A stretch of 64,000 nucleotides of DNA from a virus (taxonomy: Duplodnaviria > Caudoviricetes): the IMG/VR virus record IMGVR_UViG_3300001598_000043, positions 15,687-79,686 of that record; one strand, written 5' to 3'. The notes beneath the pieces are model-generated. The model had not been told where the DNA came from, did not search any database, and saw only the letters and a list, made by a program, of their open reading frames with translations. Of this stretch, positions 55,731-64,000 are shown one piece after another. The position numbers were made by a program, and so were the translations under genes. Within the stretch, counting starts at the first letter, position 1. Every line of letters starts with the position of its first letter.

Positions 55731-56402
55731 TTAATCTTTTGCTCTAACTCCTGTAAAGTTAAAGTTAAATACGTCTTTATTATCGGGTTCTGCACCCTTT
55801 GTTGAAGCTGCGAATGATGGCAATGGCTCTGCTGGTGGTGTAGGTTCTGGTTCTTCTACAACAAAAGCATCTGAATTTTCTTTTGCATAGTTTTCAACAA
55901 AATCTTCTCTACCTAAAATCTTTCCATCTTCCATCTGAAGCTCTCTAGCCATCATTGAGTTAACAAAATCTCTCTTTGCGGCCTGTGAAGTGAACTTTTG
56001 TGTGTTAGCAAATTCTCTAACTGCAAACTCGTAAGACTGTTTAGCCATTTTTGACTGATAGTCTTTTACATCCTGTTCGTACTTACTCTGTAACTGAGTT
56101 AAACTTGCATTCAAATCAGAAATCTTTGTAGCATCTTCACCAGCTAATTCTAATTTCTTCTGTAATTCAGATAAGTCTGTATCTCTTGTGGTAATTGTTG
56201 CATTTAAATCCTCAATCTGTGTGTTGAGAGATGTCATTGCATCATCTTTTGACTTAATATCTGAATCATACTTTGATTTACTTACATACTTACCTTCTGA
56301 TAAGTCAGTAAATTTTGCTCCACCATCTTTAGCAAGTTTTTCAAACTGTTCATATGTGAGTGTTCCGTTTTCAGAGTTTTCAAAAAGTTCCTTAATGTTC
56401 AT
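55731..56402 (-). CDS. Capsid scaffolding protein (Gp20-like)
   Basis: FTDLSEGKYVSKSKY, coiled coil; start ATG 56402 after GGAGG. Confidence 0.8.
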   Translation of the reverse strand: MNIKELFENSENGTLTYEQFEKLAKDGGAKFTDLSEGKYVSKSKYDSDIKSKDDAMTSLNTQIEDLNATITTRDTDLSELQKKLELAGEDATKISDLNASLTQLQSKYEQDVKDYQSKMAKQSYEFAVREFANTQKFTSQAAKRDFVNSMMARELQMEDGKILGREDFVENYAKENSDAFVVEEPEPTPPAEPLPSFAASTKGAEPDNKDVFNFNFTGVRAKD

Positions 56403-56420
56403 TATGTTACCTCCTAACAA

Positions 56421-56580
56421 TCTTTTAAATCAGTTTAATTTGTAAAGCCGCAGGCACTAATCTGCGTGGATTGTGTGTTGTAATCATCTCAACTACCCTA
56501 TTTCTTATTGAGCATCCCCATAGAAATCTATGAGGATACCCACAAGTAAGAGGGTTAGCATAATGAGTTGCTTACCACAT
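56421..56580 (-). ncRNA. Structured leader of scaffold-capsid operon
   Basis: 12-bp hairpin GUAUCCUCAUAG/CUAUGGGGAUGC (56512-56539) plus smaller stems. Confidence 0.4.
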
Positions 56581-56584
56581 AAGT

Positions 56585-56613
56585 ATTATATACAATTTTC
56601 AGCCAATTGTAAA
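56585..56613 (-). promoter_or_regulatory. sigmaA-type promoter of capsid operon
   Basis: TTTACA-N17-TATAAT. Confidence 0.7.
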
Positions 56614-56629
56614 TAATTAAATCGTGATT

Positions 56630-57820
56630 TTATTTAAATTTTAATTTAATTTTTGACTTTGTTTTGCCAAAAGATTTCAATGCATTATAATCCTTTAATG
56701 CCTTACTTAATTTCATTTTATATTTTAATTCCATCTCACTGTTGCCATATGTACGGGCAATGTCAAGTGAGTCTTGTAAATGATTGATTTTATTCTCATA
56801 AGACTTTAATTTCTGGTCATACTCATATAGAGTTAAATGTTTTCCACCTGGTAGAATTATTCCTTTAACATTCTCATCTAAAATATCTTTTAATTGGTCA
56901 TCTGAATATTCTTGTTCATTAAACCCTACAAAGATTGGATATACAAGATGTCTACAATTCCATTCACCAATCTTTCTTACAAATGCACTATAATATCTAC
57001 CTTGTACATCTCGACACATCTGATTAGATTGCATCTTCTCAAAATTCTCATTAGAAAACTGATGTCCTTGTACTGGAGAGTGGTCTGGTGCTGGATGTAT
57101 ATGAGCACTTAATTCAATCCCATCTGTACCAAGTAACTTACCAACATAATCTAAAATGTCTTGTTTAATCTGCCACATACCATTCTCTAATAAACCATCA
57201 AGCCAACCATTACAATTATGAAGACTTCTTTTGCCGTTTTTATCATACATAACATTTAATAATTGAGATTTAGCCAACTTATAAACTAAATCATCATTTA
57301 ATTTTTTGGCACTGACATTATCTAAAGCACCTTTATTACTCAATGCATGATTAATAACATTTTTATATGTGGTTTTTATCCCATTTACTACTTTTTGGCC
57401 TCTGTTATTGATATCAACATCATATGCAAGATTATTCATTCCCCTTAAATAATCTTTTCTAATCCCATTAATGGTATTAGTAATCATTGATGATAATGCT
57501 ACATCTTTAGATAAAGGTGTAAATGGTCTCTTTTTATAGTCAAACATTGCTTTTGTGTCGTTGTATGTCCTATAAGCAACTTGTCTAAATAATATTGCCA
57601 TTAGAGACAATTGCTCAGCAACCATTCTTCCCAATTCTTCATCAATATCATTTAAATCTTTAGTGGTCTTATCAACTTGTTTAAGTGTATAAATAGAGTA
57701 AAGACTCAGCCCATTTATTAAGCTGAGTCTCTTGACTATTTTCTTTAAAACATATTTGTTGTAAGACTTATTAAGATTTAAAATATCTAATTTTAATTCT
57801 TGATTTGTCTTATTTTTCAT
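56630..57820 (-). CDS. Minor capsid protein 2 (SPP1 gp7/A118-like)
   Basis: GTDGIELSAH..PAPDHSPVQG, GEWNCRH. Confidence 0.85.
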   Translation of the reverse strand: MKNKTNQELKLDILNLNKSYNKYVLKKIVKRLSLINGLSLYSIYTLKQVDKTTKDLNDIDEELGRMVAEQLSLMAILFRQVAYRTYNDTKAMFDYKKRPFTPLSKDVALSSMITNTINGIRKDYLRGMNNLAYDVDINNRGQKVVNGIKTTYKNVINHALSNKGALDNVSAKKLNDDLVYKLAKSQLLNVMYDKNGKRSLHNCNGWLDGLLENGMWQIKQDILDYVGKLLGTDGIELSAHIHPAPDHSPVQGHQFSNENFEKMQSNQMCRDVQGRYYSAFVRKIGEWNCRHLVYPIFVGFNEQEYSDDQLKDILDENVKGIILPGGKHLTLYEYDQKLKSYENKINHLQDSLDIARTYGNSEMELKYKMKLSKALKDYNALKSFGKTKSKIKLKFK

Positions 57821-59601
57821 TATTCACCCTCATTTGGATTCTGTGGATTAACTGGTTTGTTTTGTGGATATTCCTCTTCATCTTGAGGATTCTTATTTTC
57901 AAGATTCTGACTTGCCATTTGAGCAGCTGCCATATTATCTTCCATAGCCTGTTGATTATCTGATTTAATCTTATCCAAAGCTTCTCTGGCTTGTCTTGCA
58001 GTCTCTCCAAAATACCACATTCTGACTTCTTCTTTACTTGTAAGTCCACTCTGCATTAATGTAAGTCTCTTTGATAATTCTGCATCAACATCTACAAGAA
58101 TACTATCATCCCAAGTAAATGATACATCATATAATCCAAGTTTTGATGTATCTACCTGACCCTTTGCATTGACATTTACATCACCAACAATATTATAAAG
58201 TGTACAGTAAACATCCATTGCATATACAACATCTCTTAATGCATCTTCGAGTGCATTCTGAACTTCTGCATTACTTGAATAGCTTCTTTGTTTCAGTATT
58301 TTCAACTCTGTAGCAGTTCTTGCTTCAGCAGCCACATCAGATATTGTACCTCTTGATAATGCACACACATCTTCAATTCTCATTAAGATGTTATTCAAAC
58401 CATTTACAAGTGAGCCATCTCTTAATGATGGTGCATATGGTTGATATGTGTTAGATTCACCCAAGTCTATAGGTCTAAATAGTCTTGCTTGTAGCTTAGG
58501 ATTTACATAGTGTGATTTACCTGTAAAGTCCTTAACATCATTTAAGGCATCTCTATCAATATCTATTGCTAACTCTCCACCTTCATATTCCCACAATAGT
58601 CTTGAATATTGTTTATCTGCCTCACGAATTAATGTCTTTGCTCTTGCAAAACCACTTATACCTAATGGTGAATGAGGGTCAATTGTATTTGCATCTGGCA
58701 TCTTGAAATAACCAAACAATAACTTGTTTACGTTATTGATAGTTACTTTTGGTGATAAACCACTCCACTCTGGTACTGCACTAAGTGGAATCTCGTGACC
58801 CAACATATCTTGATTTAATGCACTTGAAATATCATTAGTATGTTTATTTTGGAATGCCTTATTTATAATTGTGACATTGTTACCCTCTAACTTATGATAC
58901 TCAAGTCTTGTGTATACAGAATCTTTATCAACTTTAGTCTGTACAAATGCAACTTCTGTAAGATTACCTGAACTATCAAATGAGAATGGATAAAAACAAT
59001 CTGCTTGAATAAAATCATATTCAATATCATATTTGTCTTGCATCTCACTACCATTCTTTAGTCCTGCAACTTCACTTACTTGAGACTTAATTACATATGG
59101 CTTAATGATTAAAGAACCTTTTGCAATACCATACTCTAACTGAGTTCTTATTTTAGATAATAACTTATCTTGATATTGCTTATTCATATATTCAGCACGT
59201 TCAAATGGACTGGTTACGGTCTCTTTAATAATTGTCTTTGACTGACCACTTACTGATACATTTCCAAACATATCCATAGTAGGTGGGTAGTAATCTGGAT
59301 TAACAATTTCTTCTGTCTCCATAGGTGCAGTTATCTCTGATTGCATTTCTATTACTGCCATTCTGGCTTTTTCACTTGCAATGAAAGCTGGTAAACCTAA
59401 TGAGACTACCATAGTAGGGTCTCCAAAATCAGGTTCGTGTAACCATGACGCCTTATCTTCATACATATCAGTCCAAACTTTTATTTCCTCTATCATTCTA
59501 TTACTGATAGCTGGAGTTATATGAAAAGTCTGTTCGATTGTTTGTCTGCCTACCATTCTACTTACAATCTCCTTTATTCTATCCCATAATTGAGAAAACA
59601 T
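57820..59601 (-). CDS. Portal protein (A118 family)
   Basis: SLGLPAFIASEKAR, SPLGISGFARA, YSRLLWEYEGG, TATE, VSFTWDDSI. Confidence 0.88.
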   Translation of the reverse strand: MFSQLWDRIKEIVSRMVGRQTIEQTFHITPAISNRMIEEIKVWTDMYEDKASWLHEPDFGDPTMVVSLGLPAFIASEKARMAVIEMQSEITAPMETEEIVNPDYYPPTMDMFGNVSVSGQSKTIIKETVTSPFERAEYMNKQYQDKLLSKIRTQLEYGIAKGSLIIKPYVIKSQVSEVAGLKNGSEMQDKYDIEYDFIQADCFYPFSFDSSGNLTEVAFVQTKVDKDSVYTRLEYHKLEGNNVTIINKAFQNKHTNDISSALNQDMLGHEIPLSAVPEWSGLSPKVTINNVNKLLFGYFKMPDANTIDPHSPLGISGFARAKTLIREADKQYSRLLWEYEGGELAIDIDRDALNDVKDFTGKSHYVNPKLQARLFRPIDLGESNTYQPYAPSLRDGSLVNGLNNILMRIEDVCALSRGTISDVAAEARTATELKILKQRSYSSNAEVQNALEDALRDVVYAMDVYCTLYNIVGDVNVNAKGQVDTSKLGLYDVSFTWDDSILVDVDAELSKRLTLMQSGLTSKEEVRMWYFGETARQAREALDKIKSDNQQAMEDNMAAAQMASQNLENKNPQDEEEYPQNKPVNPQNPNEGE

Positions 59602-59644
59602 AGTAATACCTCTTGTTATATTACGATTTAATTTTTACTATATC

Positions 59645-59673
59645 ATTATATCTTATGTTAATAATATTTTCAA
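59645..59673 (-). promoter_or_regulatory. sigmaA-type promoter of portal gene
   Basis: TTGAAA-N17-TATAAT. Confidence 0.7.
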
Positions 59674-59676
59674 TAC

Positions 59677-59705
59677 TAAAGGACATCCGTAACTGGTGTC
59701 CTTTA
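59677..59705 (-). terminator. Probable terminator
   Basis: TAAAGGACA...TGTCCTTTA inverted repeat. Confidence 0.5.
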
Positions 59706-59728
59706 GATTTTAAAATATGGTGTTCTAC

Positions 59729-60058
59729 TTAATTCTGTGACTGTGGTGGAACATTCTTTAATTGCATCAAATCTTTTCGTTTACTATCCATTACACCGTT
59801 TGCACCAAGTAAATGATATTTCTGGTATTGATTTTCCCAATCATCCAAATCTTCCAATTCAATCCATCCTTGTTGCACGTATTTTTTATAATCCTTTAAG
59901 AGTTGTCCTCTCATCTGTGCCTGCTGACTATCCATCAACACTTTCATCTGTTTTGTAAATTTCTTACAAGCCGTTATACAATATCCTGTCATAGCAAATA
60001 TTGTTGGAATTCCTAGCAGACTTAACCATCCTGCAATCTCTTTAATGTTCATTAACAA
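59729..60058 (-). CDS. Holin-like single-TM protein
   Basis: N-terminal TM; QMRGQLLKDY...YQKYHLLGANG pattern seen in phage lysis-adjacent proteins. Confidence 0.55.
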   Translation of the reverse strand: MLMNIKEIAGWLSLLGIPTIFAMTGYCITACKKFTKQMKVLMDSQQAQMRGQLLKDYKKYVQQGWIELEDLDDWENQYQKYHLLGANGVMDSKRKDLMQLKNVPPQSQN

Positions 60059-60113
60059 TTTAACCTCTCTATTTTCATTTATTACCGATATTTATCTGCC
60101 ATAATTATAACAT

Positions 60114-60144
60114 AAAAAGACACATAATCAAATGATTATGTGCC
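60114..60144 (-). terminator. Intrinsic terminator after recombinase
   Basis: GGCACAUAAUC-AUUU-GAUUAUGUGUC plus U5. Confidence 0.75.
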
Positions 60145-60166
60145 AATTTTTAAAACAATTTTAAGA

Positions 60167-61159
60167 TTAACAATATCTCATATACTCATTTTTGACGTGC
60201 TGGTTAGATAATACTGTATATGTGGTAGTTGTATTGATGTCTGAATGCCCCATTAACAACTGAACTGTTCTAATATCCATACCTCTTTTAACTTTATCTG
60301 TGCCAAATTGTCTTCTAAATTTATGTGGATGTACTCGTTCAATTGATGTTCGTTCAGCAAGTTTTCTCATATCATTTTCTATAGAATTTTTGCCAATTCT
60401 TGTACCAAATTTATTAACAAACAATGCTATATCATTATCATTTCTTGACTCCAAATATCTTGCAAGGTGATATGCACATACGTCTGTCATATACGTGACT
60501 CTTTCTTTATTGCCCTTTCCATGTCTGATAACAACATCGTGTGTAGTTAGATTAATATCATTAATATTCATTGCAGTCAATTCAGATACACGAGCTCCAC
60601 TTGATAACAATAATTCGACTTCTGCACGTTCTCTTAATGTCTTACAGTTCTCTCGTATCTTATCAATCTCCACATCTGTAAATGTAGACTTGACTTTTTC
60701 TTGGAATGTTATTGGATTTATCTTCTGCATTGGATTCTTTTCAATTAAATCCTCTTTCAATGCCCAATTATAAAAAGATGATAGATACGACCGATAGTTT
60801 TCCAATGTTCTTAATGATATATTTTTCTGTTGTTTTGCCATCCATCCTCTAATATCAAATACGGTGACTTCCAATAGTGGTTTTCCTAAATCATCGTGAA
60901 ATCTATTAAGTATTCTCATATACATATAACAAGTCTTTTTTGACTTACCCTCTGTAAGCAATGAACCTATATAATATTTTATTAGTTCTTCTGTGGATGT
61001 ATCATACTCAACTAATGTAGTAACTCTTGGTGATATCTCATATTTATCAAATATCCCAATAAAAATATCAGTTATTTTACAAATATCATCTGGAAAATAA
61101 TTATTTGTAATCAAAGCGTTTTTAAATTCTCTTAACATGTTTTCTCTGTAATCGTTCAT
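60167..61159 (-). CDS. Tyrosine recombinase (XerC/D-like)
   Basis: SSGARVSE (R), GKGNKER (K), HPHKFRR (HxxR), LMGHSDINTTTTY (H, Y). Confidence 0.93.
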   Translation of the reverse strand: MNDYRENMLREFKNALITNNYFPDDICKITDIFIGIFDKYEISPRVTTLVEYDTSTEELIKYYIGSLLTEGKSKKTCYMYMRILNRFHDDLGKPLLEVTVFDIRGWMAKQQKNISLRTLENYRSYLSSFYNWALKEDLIEKNPMQKINPITFQEKVKSTFTDVEIDKIRENCKTLRERAEVELLLSSGARVSELTAMNINDINLTTHDVVIRHGKGNKERVTYMTDVCAYHLARYLESRNDNDIALFVNKFGTRIGKNSIENDMRKLAERTSIERVHPHKFRRQFGTDKVKRGMDIRTVQLLMGHSDINTTTTYTVLSNQHVKNEYMRYC

Positions 61160-61194
61160 ATAGTGTTCTCCTTTTTTAAGTGTTTTTGTCTTTG

Positions 61195-61223
61195 ATTATA
61201 CTTGTATACCATCAATATGTCAA
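61195..61223 (-). promoter_or_regulatory. sigmaA-type promoter of recombinase
   Basis: Perfect TTGACA-N17-TATAAT. Confidence 0.85.
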
Positions 61224-61248
61224 TAGTTGTACATAATGTTTATAGTAA

Positions 61249-61284
61249 TAAAAAAGACTGTAGTTTTTATCCTACAGTCTTTTT
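61249..61284. terminator. Intrinsic terminator (bidirectional-looking)
   Basis: AAAAAGACTGTAG...CTACAGTCTTTTT. Confidence 0.8.
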
Positions 61285-61287
61285 AAA

Positions 61288-61791
61288 TTATATATGCATA
61301 AATATAAATTTGTAATTTACATCTTTTTGTAGTTCTGATTTATTATTATTTGTGTTTTTGAATGTAACAAATTCATTATCGATAGACGCATTATCATCAA
61401 AACTGCGTGGATAACTATTCGAATTACCGCCATCATAACCTGCAATATAACAGAATGGAAATAATCCAAATGCGCCATTTACTAGCAAAGTTAAATACAT
61501 TAATGGTGTATTTAATGGTGGTATATCGTCACCATCTCTAACTACTAATACTAAATTAGGTGGAACACTTAATCCGTGTTCGATAATTCTTCCGTTAAAT
61601 AGTCTGCGTGATGTAGTAGACGATTCTGTCTGAACAACATCGACAACATTTATTTCAACATTGCTACCGCCTGCAATATTTAATATTCTTTCTGCAAAAT
61701 CAGATACTCGAATAGGTGATTCACTTTTTTCTTTTTCTCGTATGGCATCTGCAATACTTGAGAGAGTTTTTGTATCAATTACTTTTTTCAT
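61288..61791 (-). CDS. Fibre-associated hypothetical protein
   Basis: N-terminal LSSIADAIREK...FAERILNIAGG motif typical of gut phage fibre-like proteins. Confidence 0.55.
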   Translation of the reverse strand: MKKVIDTKTLSSIADAIREKEKSESPIRVSDFAERILNIAGGSNVEINVVDVVQTESSTTSRRLFNGRIIEHGLSVPPNLVLVVRDGDDIPPLNTPLMYLTLLVNGAFGLFPFCYIAGYDGGNSNSYPRSFDDNASIDNEFVTFKNTNNNKSELQKDVNYKFIFMHI

Positions 61792-61922
61792 TAATATTCC
61801 TCATCTTCTGCTTTGCCAAGCTTTTCAACTACCTTTTCAGCAATAGCATCATAATCAGTGTCTGTTAGTCCTTTGCCAGATGTTTTTTTCCATCCGTCTA
61901 CATCTTTTATCCAATCACTCAT
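61791..61922 (-). CDS. Small protein (43 aa, below cutoff)
   Basis: MSDWIKDVDGWKKTSGKGLTDTDYDAIAEKVVEKL. Confidence 0.5.
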   Translation of the reverse strand: MSDWIKDVDGWKKTSGKGLTDTDYDAIAEKVVEKLGKAEDEEY

Positions 61923-61936
61923 AGTTTATACCTCAA

Positions 61937-62179
61937 TTATTCTTCAACAGGAATGTTGTATGGAACTTCTCCAAATGATGTCTTTGCATATCTTGTTCCG
62001 TTCTCATCTTCGATACAAATATAACCGAAAACGAAAGGAGCTTTTCCGTAATATGTTTCAATAAGATTTCCGTACTTCTGCATTGCAAGGTCGAAGTCTG
62101 TTGTTTTTAACTCTGTCTTGTATGCCCATCCTTTGTTTTCTCCGTTGAACAATCTATAATCTACAAAATAAGTTTTCAT
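61937..62179 (-). CDS. Small protein, paralog of 62856-63089
   Basis: M..Y.V.Y...N....G.AYK......A..KY pattern shared. Confidence 0.6.
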   Translation of the reverse strand: MKTYFVDYRLFNGENKGWAYKTELKTTDFDLAMQKYGNLIETYYGKAPFVFGYICIEDENGTRYAKTSFGEVPYNIPVEE

Positions 62180-62330
62180 TTATTTTTCTCCTTTTATTCT
62201 TGCGTGTCATCCACATAAACTGATTTTTATCAGAGGATAACGTGGTACGCATCTTAACAAATGTTTTCTTTGAAATATGGGTATTCATCATTCACCCTTG
62301 CTCACCAATGATATACTTTAAGTATGAAAG

Positions 62331-62558
62331 GTGGTGAACAGTATGCCTAATGTTTTCGGTGATAAAGAACGTAAAGGAAGCCAAGGTAGGATACCAGATT
62401 CTGTACGTCCTTCTCACAAGCTTTTCCAAAAAGTTAATGTATCAATAGAGCCTACAATTTTTGACCGATTGGAACTCTATTGTGAAGAACAAGAACGTGC
62501 TAGGTCTTGGGTCATACAAAAAGCTTTGGATTCTTGGCTTCGTGAAAGTGGATACTAA
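62331..62558 (+). CDS. Ribbon-helix-helix (CopG/Arc-like) regulator; the only credible plus-strand gene
   Basis: KVNVSIEPTIFDRLELYCEEQERARSWVIQKALDSWL; SD GAAAGGTGGTG before ATG 62343. Confidence 0.75.
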   Translation: MVNSMPNVFGDKERKGSQGRIPDSVRPSHKLFQKVNVSIEPTIFDRLELYCEEQERARSWVIQKALDSWLRESGY

Positions 62559-62571
62559 ATTTCATAGTAGT

Positions 62572-62607
62572 TTTGGGTAGTGCTAGTATACATTGGTACT
62601 ACCCAAA
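62572..62607. terminator. Hairpin between convergent genes
   Basis: TTTGGGTAGT / ACTACCCAAA perfect 10-bp stem. Confidence 0.7.
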
Positions 62608-62625
62608 GTTTTCTTTAACGCACTT

Positions 62626-62835
62626 TTAGTTTTTGTTATTGGTATACCAACTTTTAGAGAAATTATCCTCTTGTCTTTTTTCTTCTTTTTTCATTTCTAT
62701 AAAATTGGGTATAAATATCCCTAAAAATATTCCTACAAAATATGCTATTCCAGAATCGAAGATATACCATAAGAATAAGCCTATCATCAAAGCACAAATA
62801 GCTTGTTTAACTTCTCTGTTATCATTCATTTTCAT
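62626..62835 (-). CDS. Small two-TM membrane protein flanked by direct repeats
   Basis: AICALMIGLFLWYIFDSGIAYFVGIFLGIFIP. Confidence 0.6.
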   Translation of the reverse strand: MKMNDNREVKQAICALMIGLFLWYIFDSGIAYFVGIFLGIFIPNFIEMKKEEKRQEDNFSKSWYTNNKN

Positions 62836-62855
62836 CTACCTTCTTTAACGCACTT

Positions 62856-63089
62856 TTACTCTGTTACGATTGCCATTGAATCGTCATAGTCAGCATCTAT
62901 CTTGTTGCCGAACGCATCTGTAATAAATACTGATACATAATCGAATGTGCTACTGTTAAAATCATTGCCACAAATTGCGTGATATTTCTTCTTTGCTTCT
63001 GTTAAACTTTCAAAAGCTGAATCTACCTTGTAGGCAACTCCACCTGTTTCTGCATTGTGTCTTACATATGTTACTAAATATAATTCCAT
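62856..63089 (-). CDS. Small protein after fibre gene (possible fibre chaperone), paralog of 61937-62179
   Basis: SD AAGGAG; shared pattern. Confidence 0.6.
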   Translation of the reverse strand: MELYLVTYVRHNAETGGVAYKVDSAFESLTEAKKKYHAICGNDFNSSTFDYVSVFITDAFGNKIDADYDDSMAIVTE

Positions 63090-63110
63090 AATTTATTTCT
63101 CCTTTACTTT

Positions 63111-64000
63111 CTATAATTGTATGTAAATGATGGTTACAGTACCTAGTGTTGTACTTTTTAACATAGGCATCATATTGTCAGCATTCGCAGATGTGTACCA
63201 TCTTAAAACTAGATTTCCACTAGAATATAATGGGAACGCTCTATAATTTGAATCTGCTGAGCAATATGCTTTTAGCACTAATACATTATTCAAATCTGTG
63301 CTTAGATTAGCATAACCACTTGAACTTGCATTACTGATTGTTGCAGTTTTTATATTCACTTTGTTGCTCAACTCTTTCAAGCTTGTCTGCTTCCAATGAG
63401 TTGTATCTGATGCACTCGGTCTTGTTGTTGTGGTAGCAATACACAACCAAGCTTTATTGTCATCTATGCAAACCTCGCCCTCGTTGTATGTTCTCTGTGT
63501 CCAAGCATCGCCACCAACAAAGTGCGTTAAATTCTGTATTTGGCAAACTGTACTCTGCATAAGATGTTGCCGAACTTCCTTTTTCAAGCTGAATCTTAAA
63601 TGTTCTAAATTCCGAATCAGGAAATTCTGTCTGTAATGACGAGCCACCATCTGTGTTTGTTCTGCTGAATGTAATAACAATTTCAGCATCTGATGATATA
63701 GTGAAAGTATACGGATGATTTGTTAACTGAAATACACCATCAGCATTAACAATATCTACATTTAATGTCTTGTTGTAAATTCTTAAACATCTTAAAAATT
63801 CACTATTTCCATTCTGCTCTGATAATGTATATGTGCCTTTATTCAGATATACAGTATTGCGTCTATAAGGAGTTTGACTTGACTCTCTATGCATATCTTG
63901 GTATCCGTATACACTATTATCAACGAACAAATTCTTACTCTTTAACCAATCAGCAGAATCAGTTTTCAACTGTGTTAAAGTCTGCTTTAAACAAGCAGAG
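63111..64000 (-). CDS. Fibre/receptor-binding protein C-terminal part (partial, runs off window end) with a 1-nt frameshift near 63530
   Basis: Frame open from 63999 (KQTLTQL...KIQLEKGSSATSYAEYSLPNTE); removing one T gives ELTHFVGGDAWTQRTYNEGEVC...WLC...P...HW (CBM5/12-like) and on to stop 63111. Confidence 0.7.

Larger units (their letters stand above)
62611..63531. repeat. 18-bp direct repeats plus one inverted 13-bp copy
   Basis: TTCTTTAACGCACTTTTA at 62611-62628 and 62841-62858; core TTTAACGCACTTT inverted at 63519-63531. Confidence 0.85.

Noticed and set aside
60114-60144. CATAA-N8-TTATG palindrome as recombinase core site
   Set aside because: More simply an intrinsic terminator (stem plus U5) right after the recombinase stop
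62611-62858. Integron attC sites
   Set aside because: No RYYYAAC/GTTRRRY palindromic arms or hairpin of attC length; the recombinase shows no evident IntI insertion
1481-63636. Plus-strand ORFs and out-of-frame minus ORFs in the track (e.g. 27259-27906, 48813-49253, 57810-58049)
   Set aside because: Shadows of well-supported minus-strand genes, with no SD or family motifs; only 62331-62558 is accepted on the plus strand
1-64000. tRNA/rRNA genes
   Set aside because: No cloverleaf with T-loop GTTCRA or rRNA-like segment recognised in any intergenic region by eye; tRNAscan-SE would be decisive

Overview
This window is 64 kb of an AT-rich tailed dsDNA phage (siphovirus-like, A118/SPP1-type head and tail genes). 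Shine-Dalgarno and sigmaA-type promoter usage and the protein families suggest a Firmicutes host, probably gut Clostridia (inference). Nearly all genes lie on the minus strand. From high to low coordinates the order is: a partial fibre/receptor-binding gene and accessory genes, a tyrosine recombinase, portal, head and tail genes, tape measure, baseplate/fibres, lysis genes, and a post-lysis module with spore-protein-like folds. These are followed by early islands (SprT-like protease, RNAP alpha-CTD mimic, SNF2 helicase), a replication operon (initiator, DnaC-like, DnaB, primase, SSB, family A polymerase, two MTases, beta clamp), a long array of small genes, recombination/repair/nucleotide genes (Cas4-like, radical SAM, RecU, PARG-like, ThyX-like, RecA), a clamp loader, and a QueC-like PP-loop gene truncated at position 1. 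The main discoveries are as follows. (1) dnaX is split into two separately translated genes by a free-standing GIY-YIG endonuclease that has its own promoter. (2) polA is interrupted three ways: a fully foldable group I intron with a frameshifted HNH, a split into two polypeptides at a degenerate intein-like segment, and a 4-nt duplication in catalytic motif A that fits a matched-codon stop-hop. (3) A switchable kissing-loop/terminator RNA leader precedes the replication initiator. (4) A gene-cassette array has conserved junction sequences. (5) Direct and inverted 13-18 bp repeats and a frameshift lie in the fibre region next to the recombinase. No tRNA, rRNA or CRISPR array was recognised. 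All family assignments come from motif recognition by eye, not from database searches.
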